DNA of 64,000 nucleotides from Eledone cirrhosa (Eukaryota): NCBI GenBank assembly GCA_964016885.1, contig OZ024762.1, positions 10,478,001 to 10,542,000 of the forward strand, read 5' to 3'. Shown piece by piece: positions 62,507 to 64,000 of this stretch (position 1 is its first letter; each line of letters starts with the position of its first letter). The notes under the pieces were generated by a model. It saw only the letters and a program-made list of their open reading frames with translations, ran no database searches and was not told where the DNA came from. The position numbers and the translations under genes were made by a program.

Positions 62507-63744
62507 GTTATATTTCTTTATTAGATGTCTTATCTTCGAGAGCGGGAATGGCTGTTCTTCCAGTGTTTCACTCACATCACCTCCCGGGGAATTGCCTTCT
62601 CTATTCTGTCCACTGGGGTCGCGGAACGGCCAGCGCTTAAGTCCCACATTTGTTTATAATAATGGTTTCTTTGGCACAAGGCTATCAATTTATTTTTGTG
62701 GGGGGTGGGGGGTCGATTAAATGGACCCCAGTGCGTGACTGGTAGTTTATTTTATCGACTCTGTAAGGATGAAAGGCAAAGTTAACCCCGGCGGGATTTG
62801 AACTCAGATTATAAAGGGCCGTAACTCTGTGCTGCAAAGCATGGTGTCCGACTCTCTACCGATACTGCCAAATGGTTTCTTATTTAGGCACAGGGCCATC
62901 AATTTTGGGGGAGAGGAAAGTCGATTAAATCGACTCCAGTGTATTACTGGTACTTTATTTTATCGACCCCGTAAGGATGAAAGTGAAAAGAGCTAAACTA
63001 ATCACGACAACTAAATTTACCAAATTTGCTTCCCTCCCCCAGCCCTTAATCTAGAAATGTTTCCATTGCCCCTGGTATTATAGGCTGTTTCAAAAATGTT
63101 TATGTCATGGCCTATTCCTAAGGTTAATGTATTAAAATATATATCATGTGTTAATGTCACAATTGTTTCTACTTTTGGCACAAGGCCAGCAATTATCCCA
63201 GTGTATTACTGGTACTTTATTTTATCAACCCTGTAAGGATGAAAGGCAAAGTTAACCTCGGCGGGATTTGAACTCAGACCGTAAAAGGCGCCCGACCCTC
63301 TACCGATACTGCCATTCCACCGTCCTCCATTTGTTTATAATAATTGTTTCTACTATTGGCACAAGGCCAGAAAATTACCCAGTACATTACTGGTACTTTA
63401 TTTTATCGACCCCGTAAGGATGAAAGGCAAAAATAATGCTTGTTTATAATAATTGTTTCTAGTTTTGGCACAAGGCCAGCAATTACCCAGTGTATTACTG
63501 GTATTTTATTTTATCAACCCCATAAGGATGAAAGGCAAAGTTAACCTCCGCGGGATTTGAACTCAGAATGGCAAGGGCCGTAACTCTATACGTCAAAGCA
63601 TGGCGTCCGACCCTCTACCGTTACTGCCAATCCATGAGAAGTGGGGAGAGCGGGAGGGACGGACTTTGGGGCTTTTGTGTTCGGACCTTTTATTTCACAG
63701 ACACACACACACACTCGTGTATGTAGCTACACCTATGTTGATAA

Positions 63745-63963
63745 AGCAGTGACAGTGGGAGTTTGGTTCCTCTGTGTTCGGACCTAGTGTATATATGAGA
63801 GATGGGGGAGAGCGAGAGAGATGGAGGCAGTGACAGTGGGAGTTTGGTTCCTCTGTGTTCGGACCTAGTGTATATATGAGAGATGGGGGAGAGCGGGAGA
63901 GATGGAGACAGTGACAGTGGGAGTTTGGTTCCTCTGTGTTCGGACCTGGTGTATATGTATATG

Positions 63964-64000
<37 letters not shown>
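63745..64000. repeat. ~80-bp tandem repeat (about 3 copies) followed by (GT)n
   Basis: gcagtgacagtgggagtttggttcctctgtgttcggacct... repeated. Confidence 0.85.

Overview
Repeat-saturated, AT-rich animal DNA. The SINE, RTE and microsatellite content looks like an octopod cephalopod, which is an inference. Almost all long ORFs in the track are microsatellite or minisatellite artefacts or LINE remnants (RTE, CR1, CRE, Penelope). Hidden among them is a cluster of three paralogous micro-exon genes that the ORF track does not assemble. They encode ~135-aa secreted proteins with a 17-aa signal peptide and 11 conserved cysteines. Gene A is on the minus strand (8829->532), gene B on the plus strand (15327-26040) and gene C on the plus strand (58791-62506+). 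A recent ~6.8-kb duplication repeats exons 4-6 of gene B (copies at 48621-52162). All three genes share the intron phase series 1/2/1/2/1, and A and C have identical exon lengths (40/91/83/91/86). The signal exon and promoter are conserved while the mature peptides are hypervariable, a toxin/effector-like pattern. I do not recognise the family. Also present are Penelope-type minimal hammerhead motifs, several palindromes and foldbacks, a HINE/MITE-like element with an internal VNTR, and a large inverted repeat. Gene models were spliced by hand and repeat boundaries are approximate.
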